In this document: piece after piece, positions 42,815 through 53,649 of the stretch
Position numbering within the stretch: position 1 is the first letter of the stretch
Layout: each line of letters opens with the position of its first letter
Assembly: GCA_963847445.1 (NCBI GenBank)
Contig: CAWJZV010000046.1
Location: forward strand, 128,001 to 192,000
DNA: 64,000 nt
Source of the DNA: an uncultured delta proteobacterium
Lineage (GTDB): Bacteria; Desulfobacterota; Binatia; UBA9968
Direction: 5' to 3'
Program-made: the position numbers and the translations under genes
The notes under the pieces: generated by a model
Told to the model about the DNA's origin: nothing
The model's input: only the letters and a program-made list of their open reading frames with translations
Databases searched by the model: none

Positions 42815-44245
42815 TTAACCGCTACCGTGTTTCTTGCCTTCCATCAAGGCTTTTAATTTCTTGCCAAAGTCGGCGTTGTCGTAATAGCCTTTAAAGCGCT
42901 CGGCGCCGACTCCAAGCGCCGCGACTAAAACCGGATGATTGGAATGGGCGGTGTTCTGCCAATAGATCTGTGTGTTGTTCGCGACCATCATGCCCAGGGC
43001 GTTGGCGACCGGTTCGGCAAAAATCGTTCGCGACATGAATTGGCTGTTGACGATCTTTTCTCTAAATTCCGGCGCCAGGGTAAACCCTGGGAAGTGTTCG
43101 GCCATGAGTTTGTCGACGGCTTCGCCTTGGGGTTGGTGCCGAGCAGTTTGGTGGCCTTTTGTAACGAGATGTCTTATCCCTTGCAGTTTTCTTGAAGTCG
43201 TCGAGCTTCCCGCGACTTGGTTGCTGCCTTTGCTGCTCGACATATCTTTCAAGGCCAGAGTCATGCCGAGGCCGCCGGATTCATGGTCGGAGGCGACGAT
43301 GATCAGAGTCTCACGCGGATATTTGCGATAAAATTCATAGGCCAAGCCCACCGCACGGTCGAATTCTCGGTAATCGTGAATCACCGCGGCGATGTCGTTG
43401 GCATGGGAGGCGCGGTCGATATTCTCCGATTCGATGAAGGCGAAAAAGCCGCGTGGGTTTTGGTTATGGAGCAGGCGAATTGTCGCCTGAGTCAGATCGT
43501 AGATTGAAGGTTCATTTGCCTTTGTCGCGATCGATCTCGAAGCTCATTTCGAGAAGATCGAACAGTCCCAACACCTTGCCGCTGCCGGCGCGTTGCAGTT
43601 GCGGCTAAATTGGTCACCGACTGATAACCGAGCTTGGTGAATTCGGCGATCATGTCGGTGTCATCGGTGCGTTGGCTGCCGGGTTGGCCCTTGGGCAGAA
43701 ATTGATCCAGTACCACCGCCCAGTAGAACGTCCGGCGCCATTTCCAAGTAGCGCCGCAATATCGCCGGGTAGTCTTTGCGGTTCGGCACATGGCAGACAA
43801 ACGCCGCCGGGCTGGCGTCGTAGATCGTCGAATTGGTGGCCAAGCCCAAGCTTCATGCCACGCCGGCGCGCGATCTCCATGGCGCTCACCGCGATCGTGC
43901 CGTCGGCGCAGACTCCAAGTGCGCCGATCTTGGCTTTGCAGCCGTTGGCCATGGCGGTCGCAGCTGCCGCCGAATCGGTCGACAGCGAGTTAGCGGCGTG
44001 GGTGGTCATCACGCCGACGATACCTTCCTTCATGATCTTGTCGACGATGACCATGCCTTCGTTGTGGATGTACTGGCGGTATTGGCGGGCGATTTCCAGG
44101 TGCGTCAGCGCCGCCGCCGTCGGCGAGGAACAAAAAAACGTATTTCGGCGCGCCGTTGGCGATGCGGCTGGTTTGGCTCAGTGCGGTCGAGGAAACTAAC
44201 TAGAGTGAAGGTGATGGCTATGAGGCTTAAGAGCAGTTTTCTCAC
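42815..44245 (-). CDS. Alkaline phosphatase; multiple frameshifts
   Basis: Signal peptide, TDSAAAATAMA, DASPAAF, FFAFIESENIDRASHAND, VASDHESGG, TAHSNHPV..GYYDNAD. Confidence 0.85.
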
Positions 44246-44271
44246 GAGGTACTCTCCGATCTGCTTCAGTG

Positions 44272-44984
44272 CTAAATTGACGAGCCATCTTGGGCCAGGA
44301 TACGGCGCAGCTCAAGCCACAGCGACAGCATCGTATAGTAGGCGGGAAATATTAACGAGGCAAGTAAAAGCCACCGCGGCGGGGCTGGCAATCGGTAGAT
44401 GAGATAAAGAACCGCGGCGCCCCAGAGCGCGCCTAAGATATTTGTCGAGTAGCGAAAGCGCGGCGCGCGGCTGGGATAGATAAAGCGCATTGGCACGAAG
44501 ACCAAGATCGACAAGATGATAATCAAAAAGGCGTTGATCCAGAGTGCGGTCTTGAGCGTATAAAAATAAAAAAACACTGATGTTCCAGTAAGACGGGAAG
44601 CCGAGAAAGAAATGATCGGCGGTCTTGGCATCCCGTTGGCAGAAGCCATAGGCGCTCGACAGCACCGGCAGCGCGGCGAGCCAAAGCGCGTCTTGCGACG
44701 GCAGCAGGTTGGCGCGCAGCAACAACAGGCAGGGCACGATTACATAGTTCAGATAGTCGACGAGGTTGTCGAGCAGGGCGCCGTCGAACCAGGGTATGAC
44801 TTCTTTTACCCGTGCCGCCCGCGCCAGGGCGCCGTCGGTGGCGTCGATGATGACGGTGACCGGCCATCAGGAAAAAGGCCAAACGAAAGTTCGACTCGTC
44901 GATGGCGAGAATTGTGTAAAGACCGACAACCGCGCCCAGGGCGGTATAAAGGTGAACCAGCCAGGCGAAGATCAGGTTCGCCAT
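44272..44984 (-). CDS. pcs: CDP-alcohol phosphatidyltransferase, phosphatidylcholine synthase-like; frameshifted
   Basis: AWLVHLYTALG, DATDGALARAARVKEVIPWFDGALLDNLVDYLNYV, FFLGFPSYWN, FVPMRFIYP. Confidence 0.75.
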
Positions 44985-45072
44985 GGCAACTCTAGGACTT
45001 GGGAAAGACTGCGGTATCGAAGATGGTGTGCGGCCATCTTCAATGCTCCATGGTTGAATCTCGGCTCGCGAG

Positions 45073-45691
45073 CTATTGCGCCGAAGCGGCAAAACTTGGA
45101 CGGGCCTTCAAGACGGGCGATCCAGGCGACGGTGTTCTTATACTTGACCGGATCCACCGGAATGCCGAAGCGGTCGAGCAGTTCGAGGTTAGCCATGAAA
45201 GCTACGTCCGCCAAGCTGAACGCGCCGGCGAGATAGTCCTTGCCTTTAAGCTCGGCTTCGGTGCGATCGAAGGCTTTGGTGATCTCGGCTTTGGCATTGT
45301 CGACGCGCTGCGCATCGCGCTCGGCTTCGGGCTTTCGGCTTTCCTGGATGATATGAACGAAATGCGGATTGAAATGGGAGTCGCGAAAGTCTTCCATCAT
45401 GCGCGCTCGCGCCCGACCTTCCGAATCCCTCGGCATCAGCGTTGGGTAGGGATATTCGTCTTCGAGATATTCGTTGATGATGGTCGAATCGTAAACTACG
45501 AAACCTTCGTCATCTAGGGCTGGGATTTGACCGAAAGGATGAACTTTGAGGTAGTCTGGATTCTTTTGTTCCCTTTTGCTGAGGTCGACGTTGATCCGCT
45601 CGAACTCGAGGCCCTTCTCTAGCAGTGCAATTCGAACCTTGCGCGAGTTGGTCGATGGCGGAAACGTATAGAGCTTGATCATTGACGGCAA
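45073..45691 (-). CDS. Glutathione S-transferase family protein
   Basis: STNSRKVRIAL.EKGL, HPFGQIPAL, YDSTIINEYLE, YLAGAFSLADVA. Confidence 0.92.
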
Positions 45692-45822
45692 CCTCCTTAA
45701 CCCTTCACAACAAGCGGTATATTAGCACAACGTTGTAATAAGTGGAGCATTTTTTTCATTTCTCGTGCAAAAATTACAACTTATTTTCGCGCTAATCGGC
45801 ATCGTGCTTTGCACAGACGACG

Positions 45823-47685
45823 TTAGCGACGGGCGCCTAGTGTCGTCTCGAGAGCGCTGGTGCGATTATTTCTCTGCACCATGATGGTGACTTGATCGGC
45901 GGGTTTATAGGCTCCGAGTATGTCGGTGAGATCCTCAATATTGCTGATTTTTTTATCGGCTAGTTGAATGATTATATCACCTTCGCGTAGACCTGCCGCC
46001 GCGGCTGGGCTGCCAGTCGCGACGCCTGCGAGCAGCACGCCATCGATACTGCGGCTGTATTCGGGAATGATTCCCAGATAAACGCTGCCAACCCGCAGCT
46101 TGCCCGTCTCGGAAGATGGCGGTCGCCCCGGTAGGCTGGCGAAGGCGGGGGATTCCGGCAATGCCGCGATGGCCAGCGCCGAGCCGAGCACGAGGTCGCC
46201 AATTTGCGCCATGCCCGCGTAGTTGAGTTTATCCCAGGTGTCGCCAGGGCGGTGATAGTCGGTATGGCTGCCGGTAAAGAAATGCAGCACGGGAATCTGC
46301 TTGTTGTAAAACGACAGGTGATCGCTGGGGCCGACGCCGTCAGGCTGGTTGGTTTGTAATCCCAGCTGCTTGGCGCCGGCGCCGACGATGGCGTCAAATG
46401 GCGGCGACGAGCGCGTGCCGAATACGGTGACGCGGTCTTCGCGCAGCCGGCCGACCATGTCCAAGTTGATCATGGATTTGATTGCACCGATCTGCGGCCA
46501 CTTGCCAACAAAGTGGCGCGAGCCGTGCAGCCCCAATTCCTCGGCGGAAAAAGCCACGAAGACGACGGCGCGCGCCGGCTTGGGCTCGATCTGGCTTAGC
46601 CGGCGCGCCAACTGGAGCAGCACCGCTGTGCCGGAAGCGTTATCGTCGGCGCCATGATGGATCATGCCGGAGGCACTCTGATCGCGCGCGCCATAGTGGC
46701 CGAGGCCCAAGTGATCGTAATGGGCGCCGATGACGATATATTCGTTGTGAACTTTCGGGTCTTTGCCGGGAAGTATCGCGACGACATTTTCGGCGCGCTG
46801 GCGCTCCTCTTCGAGGCTTACCTGCACCGAGAGTTTAGTTCCCGGCATGACCAGCGAAGCCGGCCGCTCTTCACGGTCGATTTTTTCTTTCAGATCTTTG
46901 ACCGATACTCCCTGAGCCGCGAACCACTTCTCAGCGACTTGCCGTTTGATTTGTGCCGCCACCAGGCTGTTGCCGCTGCGCCACAGGCTGCTGCGCATCG
47001 ACATTAGCTCGGTTTTCGCGTCGGCCCGGTTGTCCATATCAATGAGGATCATGCCGACGGCGCCATGTTCGCGGGCGTTGTTGGCCTTGGTGCGGAGCGC
47101 GGCGTGGGTCGAGAAGTCGGGAGATTTTCTAAATGGGCTTTGATTATTTTTGGGCGGCGGCTCGTAGCGCAGCACGACGACGATCTTGCCCTTTACATCG
47201 ATGCCGGCGTAATCATCGTAGCCGTAGTCTTGTGCGGTAATGCCGTAGCCGGCGAAGACCGCTTCGCCTTCGATCTTACCTGATGACGAAAGGCCGAGGG
47301 GCAGCCAATCCTCGTGCAACCGCACTGGCTCTCGGCCAAGAACCAAGCTGCTAGGCTCTTTCACCTGCACGCCAACCGCGACCTCGAAGCTTTGCAGATA
47401 ACTGTTGTTGTCGCCACCGGGAAGCAGACCGTATTTGGCAAATTCCGCCGCGATGTAATCCCGCGCTGCCGCGATGCCCGGTGTGCCAACGCCGCGGCCG
47501 CTACGTTCCGGTGCCGCCAAAAACTTGGCATGTGCCGACAACTCGTCCGCCGCCGTTGGTTCCTGCGCCTGACAGCAGCCAGGGGCGCGGTGGCGAGGCT
47601 GACAAGCGCTGAAAAGACTGCGGCGATGGCGATGTTGACCGCGCGGCGGTGGGATCGGGACTGGCGAAGGAGACGCATAAGCCAA
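45823..47685 (-). CDS. M28 family peptidase with PA and PDZ domains; 5' end frameshifted
   Basis: FAGYGI..DDYAGIDVKGKIV, IGAHYDHLG, GADDNASG, FSAEELGLHGS, NLDMVG, SDH, DYHRPGD, PDZ with SPAAAAGLREGD. Confidence 0.9.
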   Translation of the reverse strand: MAYASPSPVPIPPPRGQHRHRRSLFSACQPRHRAPGCCQAQEPTAADELSAHAKFLAAPERSGRGVGTPGIAAARDYIAAEFAKYGLLPGGDNNSYLQSFEVAVGVQVKEPSSLVLGREPVRLHEDWLPLGLSSSGKIEGEAVFAGYGITAQDYGYDDYAGIDVKGKIVVVLRYEPPPKNNQSPFRKSPDFSTHAALRTKANNAREHGAVGMILIDMDNRADAKTELMSMRSSLWRSGNSLVAAQIKRQVAEKWFAAQGVSVKDLKEKIDREERPASLVMPGTKLSVQVSLEEERQRAENVVAILPGKDPKVHNEYIVIGAHYDHLGLGHYGARDQSASGMIHHGADDNASGTAVLLQLARRLSQIEPKPARAVVFVAFSAEELGLHGSRHFVGKWPQIGAIKSMINLDMVGRLREDRVTVFGTRSSPPFDAIVGAGAKQLGLQTNQPDGVGPSDHLSFYNKQIPVLHFFTGSHTDYHRPGDTWDKLNYAGMAQIGDLVLGSALAIAALPESPAFASLPGRPPSSETGKLRVGSVYLGIIPEYSRSIDGVLLAGVATGSPAAAAGLREGDIIIQLADKKISNIEDLTDILGAYKPADQVTIMVQRNNRTSALETTLGARR

Positions 47686-47742
47686 TTCAAGCTAGCATGT
47701 TTGCGGCGCGCTTGTCGCCAGTCTGGTCTCGAATTAAGACTT

Positions 47743-47771
47743 TTGCGGCGGCAAATCTGAAGTGTTATAAA
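47743..47771 (+). promoter_or_regulatory. Sigma70-type promoter for the glutaredoxin-like gene
   Basis: TTGCGG-N17-TATAAA with an extended -10 TG. Confidence 0.45.
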
Positions 47772-47803
47772 AGTATCTATCTATTGTGTAGAGGAGATTG
47801 AAG

Positions 47804-48037
47804 ATGGCGACTTCCGTAGTTGTTTATACCCAGCCTGGCTGAGGCCCCTGTCACAAAGAGGTAGAGTTTCTATCTCAAAAGGGCGTTCAATTCGTCGAGA
47901 AAAATGTTCGCGCCGACAAGGCAGCGATGAAGGAACTGATCGATCAAGGATTTCAAAGCACGCCGGTGACGATTATCGACGGCCAGTCGGTGGTCGGCTT
48001 TGATCAATTGAAGATCATGGAGCTGCTCGGATTGTAA
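47804..48037 (+). CDS. Glutaredoxin/NrdH-like redoxin, probable selenoprotein (UxxC)
   Basis: RBS GAGGAG; MATSVVVYTQPG-[TGA 47840]-GPCHKEVEFLSQKGVQFVEKNVRAD..GFQSTPVTIIDGQSVVGFDQLKIMELLGL*, 77 codons in one frame. Confidence 0.85.
47858..47876 (+). promoter_or_regulatory. Candidate bacterial SECIS hairpin
   Basis: GAGGTAGA-GTT-TCTATCTC: 8-bp stem with one G-U pair and a G-containing apical loop 23 nt after the TGA. Confidence 0.65.
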
Positions 48038-48137
48038 TTACTCAGTCCAATCGGATGGCCGCGCGAATTTGGCCGGGTTAGTCGCGACATGTCGATGCCG
48101 TGTGAATAGTTAGCATTCCAGCGAAAATGTCGAAATT

Positions 48138-48841
48138 CTATTTTACCTGCGACTTCCAGCCGGAAGAGCTGAGCATTTTGCCGGTGACATGTCTTCGCTT
48201 CGTCTGACGCCAAGTAGACGAATACATCGGTTACCGATTCCGGTTTGCTGCCGTTGAAACCGGTGAGTTTGGTCGCCACGTAGCCGGGCTCCACGGAATT
48301 GACCCGAATATTCGACGACGCGCACTTCGGCGGCCAGGGTTTGCGAGAAGCCTTCCAGTCCCCATTTCGAGGTCGCGTAGGCGAGAAAGTTGGCGTAGGC
48401 GCCGCGGCCGATCATCGACGAGACGTTGATGATCGAGCCGCTCTTTTGTTGCATCATGATCGGCAGCACCGCTTGGGTGATCAGAAACGGCCCGCGCAGA
48501 TTGACCGCGATGGTGTAGTCCCATTTTTTTACGTCGAGCTCGATCATCGGCGCCGGCCGGGTCATGACCCCGGCGTTATTGACCAGCACGTCGATGCGGC
48601 CGAACTTCTTGTGCGCCTTGGCGACGAAATCTTTGACCGGCTCTTCCAGCGAGACATCGCAGCTCCAGCCTTCGGCGTCGACGTTCATGGCGCGTAATTC
48701 TTTGACGGTTTGATCGAGCTCGGCGCCGGTGCGCGCGCACAGCGCGAGTTTGGCGCCCTCGCGGCCGTAGTGCATGGCGATGGCTTTGCCGATGCCGCGG
48801 CCGCCGCCGGTGATCAGCGCGACTTTGTCTTTGAGTTTCAT
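48138..48841 (-). CDS. Short-chain dehydrogenase/reductase; frameshifts near the 3' end
   Basis: ITGGGRGIG, IDVLVNNAG, SIINVSS, YATSK, NSVEPGYV. Confidence 0.9.
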
Positions 48842-48956
48842 TGCGGAGCCTCGGAGCAATGGAAAATCAGAATCTACATTGAAAAAATATGGAAGCCAAC
48901 CATTTTACGCTTGAGCAATTGGCCGGGAGGCGATAGGAAGAGAGCCGCGTAGGGAG

Positions 48957-49844
48957 GTGCGAATCATGGACGTTCTCAGTATCACCGGTTACAACCGCAG
49001 GCCGCCGCAATTGGTGGCGGAGTACAAAGGATTTTTTGCCAAGGAGAAGCTCGAAGTGCGCTTCCACGAGACCACCTACGCGCCGGACCACAACCAAGGC
49101 ATGGCGGAAGGGAAGTGGGATTTTACCCTCAGCAGCGCCGACACGATGATCGCGCGCACGACCACCGACGGTGTCGACTACATGCTGTTCATGCAAGCCG
49201 AAGAAGGACTGAGCGCCTATCTCATCGGCCAGCCAGGCTACGATTCTCTCGATAAACTGCGCGGCAAGCTGCTCGCCGGCGATCCGGGCGACTCGAATCT
49301 CGATCTGATCCGTAAGAAAATTCTCCGCAAGCATGGCATCGACGACACCGAGTACGATATCGAAATCATCGGCAGCTCGCCGGTGCGCTTGGAGGCGTTT
49401 CTTCAACGCCGGGTGGTTGCGGCTATGCTGACGCCGCCGGCTTCCGATAAAGCGTTGGCCGCCGGTGGGGTTCTACTCGCCAGCGGTGACGATTATGTTC
49501 CAGGATGGCCGCTTACCTGCGGCTGGACGCTGCGGCCGTGGTTGTTGGAGCATCGCGCGCTAGTCGTGCGCTTCATTCGCGCCTGGGCGGCGGCGACGGA
49601 TTGGTTGTTGCAACCCGAACATCGCGAAGAAACCTTGCAGTTGTCGATGGACCACGAAAAGCTCAATCGGGCAGCCGCCGAAATCGCCTATTCCAAAATC
49701 GTCCCCAGGGCGCGGATCAATCCGGCGGCGATCCAAACTGTTATCGAGCTGCGCAAAGAGATGGGCGTCTACAAGCCGCCGTTCGATCCGCCGGCGCGCT
49801 TTTACGACGATAGCTATTGGCGTGAGGCGACGGGAACGCGTTAG
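48957..49844 (+). CDS. NMT1/SsuA-like substrate-binding protein
   Basis: VAEYKGFFAKEKLEV, LDKLRGK, RLEAFLQRRVVAAMLTPP, VVRFIRAWAAA, FYDDSYW; no clear signal peptide. Confidence 0.78.
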   Translation: MRIMDVLSITGYNRRPPQLVAEYKGFFAKEKLEVRFHETTYAPDHNQGMAEGKWDFTLSSADTMIARTTTDGVDYMLFMQAEEGLSAYLIGQPGYDSLDKLRGKLLAGDPGDSNLDLIRKKILRKHGIDDTEYDIEIIGSSPVRLEAFLQRRVVAAMLTPPASDKALAAGGVLLASGDDYVPGWPLTCGWTLRPWLLEHRALVVRFIRAWAAATDWLLQPEHREETLQLSMDHEKLNRAAAEIAYSKIVPRARINPAAIQTVIELRKEMGVYKPPFDPPARFYDDSYWREATGTR

Positions 49845-49888
49845 CGGCGCGAAGCTAACGCGGGCAGTCGCAGCCGAAGTTCGAAATA

Positions 49889-49998
49889 TCTCCCGCGAAG
49901 GCGCCAAGGCCGCAAAGTTCGGAAAACAACGTGAAAATCATTCATAAGAAATTGGCTTCCCTCCGAACCTTGGCGTCTTTGCGACCTTCGCGAGAGGA
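49889..49998. repeat. Palindromic intergenic element with ~9-nt periodic arms (related to 19050-19132)
   Basis: TCTCCCGCGAAGGCGCCAAGGCCGCAAAG-TTCGGA and TCCGAAC-CTTGGCGTCTTTGCGACCTTCGCGAGAGGA. Confidence 0.78.
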
Positions 49999-50040
49999 AT
50001 ATCCGGATGCGAGAATTTATCGCGCCTGCCGATAACGCAT

Positions 50041-50379
50041 CTAGGTCAACAGCGAGCGCAGAATCATGCCGACGATGCTCATGACGATGGCGCCGAAGAA
50101 CGCCGACCAAAAGCCGGCGACGGCAAAGCCTGGGACCAGGTAGGCGGCGAACATGAGCATGAGAGCATTGATGACCAACAGAAAAACTCCTAGTGACAGG
50201 ATCGTTATCGGCAAGGTTAAGATCTTAAGGATAAAGCCGACGGTGGCGTTGACCAGGCCGATGACCAGCGGCGCGATCAACGCCGGGCCGAGGCCGTCGA
50301 TGTGGATTCCCGGGATCAGATACGCTACGACGAATAAGCTGATGGCGCTGATCGCCCAATGCACTAGTAAGTTCCACAT
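50041..50379 (-). CDS. YvlD/DUF360 four-TM membrane protein (often annotated phage holin family)
   Basis: LVHWAISAISLFVVAYLIPGI, GLVNA..ILTLPITILSLGVFLLVINA, GFWSAFFGA. Confidence 0.85.
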   Translation of the reverse strand: MWNLLVHWAISAISLFVVAYLIPGIHIDGLGPALIAPLVIGLVNATVGFILKILTLPITILSLGVFLLVINALMLMFAAYLVPGFAVAGFWSAFFGAIVMSIVGMILRSLLT

Positions 50380-50504
50380 AGTGTCTCCATGTGAGAAGGC
50401 ATAGCAAAGCGCAGGTTATTTCTCAATGAAGGGTTTGCGATTCGCTCTTGCGGGCGACCCTCGACAATGTAAAATGGTCGTACTCTAAAGTTGCATAAGG
50501 AGGC

Positions 50505-51534
50505 ATGAAAGCCATGTCAAAGCAGGAACTCGAAAGCGTCGCTCAAGCGATGGTCGCAAAAGGCAAGGGCATCCTCGCCGCCGACGAGAGCATGGGCACG
50601 ATCAAGAGACGGTTCGATAGCATCAAGATCGACTCCAACGAGAACAACCGCCGGGCTTACCGTGAGATGCTTTTCACCACCAAGGGTCTTGAGGAAGCGG
50701 TCAGCGGCGTAATCCTATTCGACGAAACTCTGCGCACCGCGGCCAGCGACGGCACGCAGTTTTCCCAGAGTTCTGTCGAAGAAGGGCATCATGCCGGGCA
50801 TCAAGGTCGACAAAGGGCCGGTGGACATTCCCGGTTTTCCCGGCGAGACCGTCACCGAGGGGCTCGACGGCCTGCGCGCCCGGGTGAAAGAGTATCGTGA
50901 GTTGGGCGCCAAGTTCGCCAAGTGGCGCGCCGTGATTACCATCGGCGACGGTATTCCCACCTACACTTGCTTGCAGGCCAATGCACACGCGCTGGCGCGT
51001 TATGCGGCACTGTGCCAGGAAGGCGGCATCGTGCCGATCGTCGAGCCGGAAGTGTTGCTCGACGGCGGCCATACCATCGAGCGCTGCGAGGAAGTGACCC
51101 AGGAGACTTTGCGCATCACCTTCTCGGCGCTGTTGGAACAGCGGGTGCATCTCGAAGGCATGATTCTTAAACCGAGCATGGTGGTTTCCGGCAAGGACAA
51201 TGCGCGCCAAGCCGGCGTCGACGAAGTCGCCGAGCGGACGATTCGTTGTTTAAAACGGACCGTTCCCGGCGCCGTGCCGGGCATCGCATTCCTCTCCGGC
51301 GGGCAAAGCGCCGTGAGCGCCACCGAACACTTGAACAAAATGAACCAGCTGGGCCCCCATCCTTGGCAGGTGAGTTTTTCCTACGCCAGGGCGCTGCAAG
51401 ATCCGGCGCTTAAAGCGTGGAAAGGCGAGGCGGGCAACGTCGCCGCGGCGCAGAAGATTTTTTACCATCGCGCCAAGATGAATAGTGCCGCGCGCACTGG
51501 CAGCTACACCAAGAAAATGGAAGATGCAGCTTAG
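50505..51534 (+). CDS. Class I fructose-bisphosphate aldolase; frameshift near 50770
   Basis: KGILAADES, GVILFDET, GIKVDKG, FAKWRAV, VPIVEPEV, ILKPSMV, FLSGGQS, SFSYARALQ. Confidence 0.95.
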
Positions 51535-51576
51535 TTCCGATTGACGATTCCCGGTTTAGACCGGTTTCTCTTTAGT

Positions 51577-51626
51577 TCGGTTATCTCGGCGGCGTGTCAC
51601 TCGCGCCGAGATAACCGATTTTTTTG
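51577..51626 (+). terminator. Intrinsic terminator after aldolase
   Basis: TCGGTTATCTCGGCG pairs with CGCCGAGATAACCGA, followed by TTTTTTT. Confidence 0.8.
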
Positions 51627-52094
51627 CCCTCGCCGCGGTGACTGTGCTTGGATACCACCCACCTCACTCGCGCTCACTTACAGCTGCCGAACCCGGGAAG
51701 CTGGATCTCCGGTCCCGCGACATCACCGCAAACAACTGGATGAATTGATTCGGTGGTTTCCTGAGATCCACACGGAAGTGGGCGGTGAACCCGAATGAAG
51801 CCGGTGGATTACGGCAGAATTCCGATGGTTTTCAGTTGAAGGTTTGGGATCTCAGCCGCTCATGCGCAGATTAGAGTTTGGCGGGATTGTAACACGGTAC
51901 TAACCTGACGCCATAAGAATGCCATACCTTCTGTGCGAGACTTAGAGGGATTTCGCTAAGTTACGCTCCCAGAGCCGGGGATTTGTACAGGCATTTTATT
52001 GACCACCGAATACTAAGCGTCTGGTGGGTCGTATAAATTGTCATGATTAGGCTTTGTGGCAAATTTAACGGCCCGAGTAACCAGGAGGAGTACC

Positions 52095-53070
52095 ATGAAA
52101 ACTAATATCTTAGATCGGATCGTGATGGCGATTGTTATCGCTACTCTGGCATCGGCGGGAGTAAGCATCGCCGCGGATGGCGATCGCGGACCGCGGGAAG
52201 AACAACGGCGCGACCAGCGTGTGGCGCAACAGGAAGAAAAACCGCGACAGCAGCAAAAAGCTCTAAGCGCTCAGCAAGAACAGAAACAAGACCAGCAGCA
52301 GCGCGAGCGCGCCGAGCAAAAATCGGTTCAGGAGCAGCAAGAACGGCGCGCGTGGCAACAGCAGCAGCAAGAGCGGGTTGAGCGTCAATCGGAGCTGATG
52401 GAAAAACAACGGCGGGCGCAGCAAGCGCAGCGGCAAGAGCAAATTCAGGAGCAGAGACAACAGCAGCGTTTGTCGCAGCAGCGGCAACAAGAGCTGCATT
52501 CGGCAACAGCAACAACGTGTGGACCAGTACCGTCGACACCTGGAACAGCAGGAGCGCCTCGCACGGGAGCGTGCAGCGCTGCTGGAGCGACAAAAGCGCA
52601 TGGCGCAGTATCGGTTCCAGCAAGAGTATTTAGAGCGTGTCCGTCAGCAGCAAATCTATCTCCGGGACCATCGCTTCGATTACGATCGTGACCCGTACTT
52701 CTACACGGCGCCGATCTATCGGTATAACCGTGGCGGCAGCTACTACGAAATCAACGAATACGGTGCGAAGACGCTACGGCAGGCGGTGAACTATGGCTAT
52801 GAGGAAGGCTTTCGCGCCGGCAGGGCGGACCGGGACGACCGTTGGGGTTCCAACTACGAAGACTCTTATGCCTATCGGGACGCAAACTACGGCTACAGTG
52901 GCTATTACGTAAACCGCGACGACTACAATTATTACTTCCGCGAGGGTTTCCGACGCGGTTATGAAGACGGTTACAACAGTCGATATCGCTATGGTCGCTT
53001 CGCTGATGGAAACCCGTCGATCTTGGAAACCATTTTGACCCAAATCCTCAACTTCCAGTCGATGAGCTGA
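52095..53070 (+). CDS. Exported low-complexity protein: Gln/Glu/Arg-rich helix plus Tyr/Gly/Arg/Asp-rich domain; frameshift near 52497
   Basis: RBS AGGAGG; signal peptide ending VSIAA; ORFs 52056..52691 and 52519..53070 join; repeated GYEEGFRAG / GFRRGYEDGY motif. Confidence 0.75.
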
Positions 53071-53094
53071 CAAGCGAAAGTCTCACGCTAAACC

Positions 53095-53137
53095 AGCGCC
53101 CGGCCACTCACCATAAAGGTGAGTGGATCCGGGCGCT
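53095..53137 (+). terminator. Strong hairpin after the Gln-rich gene
   Basis: AGCGCCCGG-CCACTCACC-ATAAA-GGTGAGTGG-AT-CCGGGCGCT; no U-run. Confidence 0.5.
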
Positions 53138-53649
53138 GTCCATTGGGGCTACCGCCAGGGTAAATTCGCTACTCCCTGGATTCTGGCTGCCGGCTTGAGG
53201 GCCGGATTGTCCGACCATCTCCGGCCGGCTCAATGTAAATTAGGCTTAAACTACTGACTGAAAGACCGCCAGTCAGATCACTCTGACGATCCGCAGATAC
53301 GCAGGCGCAGGCGCATAGGTGATCAAGTAAGCACTTGAGGGGAGACTGGCGTTTACCTGAGTTAGCACCGGGTTTGACGGACACCGCTGAATGCGTCAAG
53401 CAGCACTGCCTCAGACGTTTGGAAAGCGCAATTGTGAATGGCGCTCCCGGGTTTCCTTATCCCTCCGAGAAACATCAGAATGTCGCCAACGGGTGATCGC
53501 CGGTCGCCATAGCATAACCGCTCAAGAGTGAGCTCAAGCGGTTGACCGCCTCCTTGTCATTTCGTATGTTACGCGGAGTGACATGCTATTACTGGCAAGC
53601 AGCGAATTGACAAGAACCCTTAACTTTCCAACTTAAGAGGAGGTTTCTC

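Noticed and set aside
50041-50379. 'Phage holin' and the amidase at 4006 as evidence of a prophage
   Set aside because: They are 45 kb apart, YvlD-type proteins are common chromosomal genes, and no structural, integrase or replication phage genes are present.
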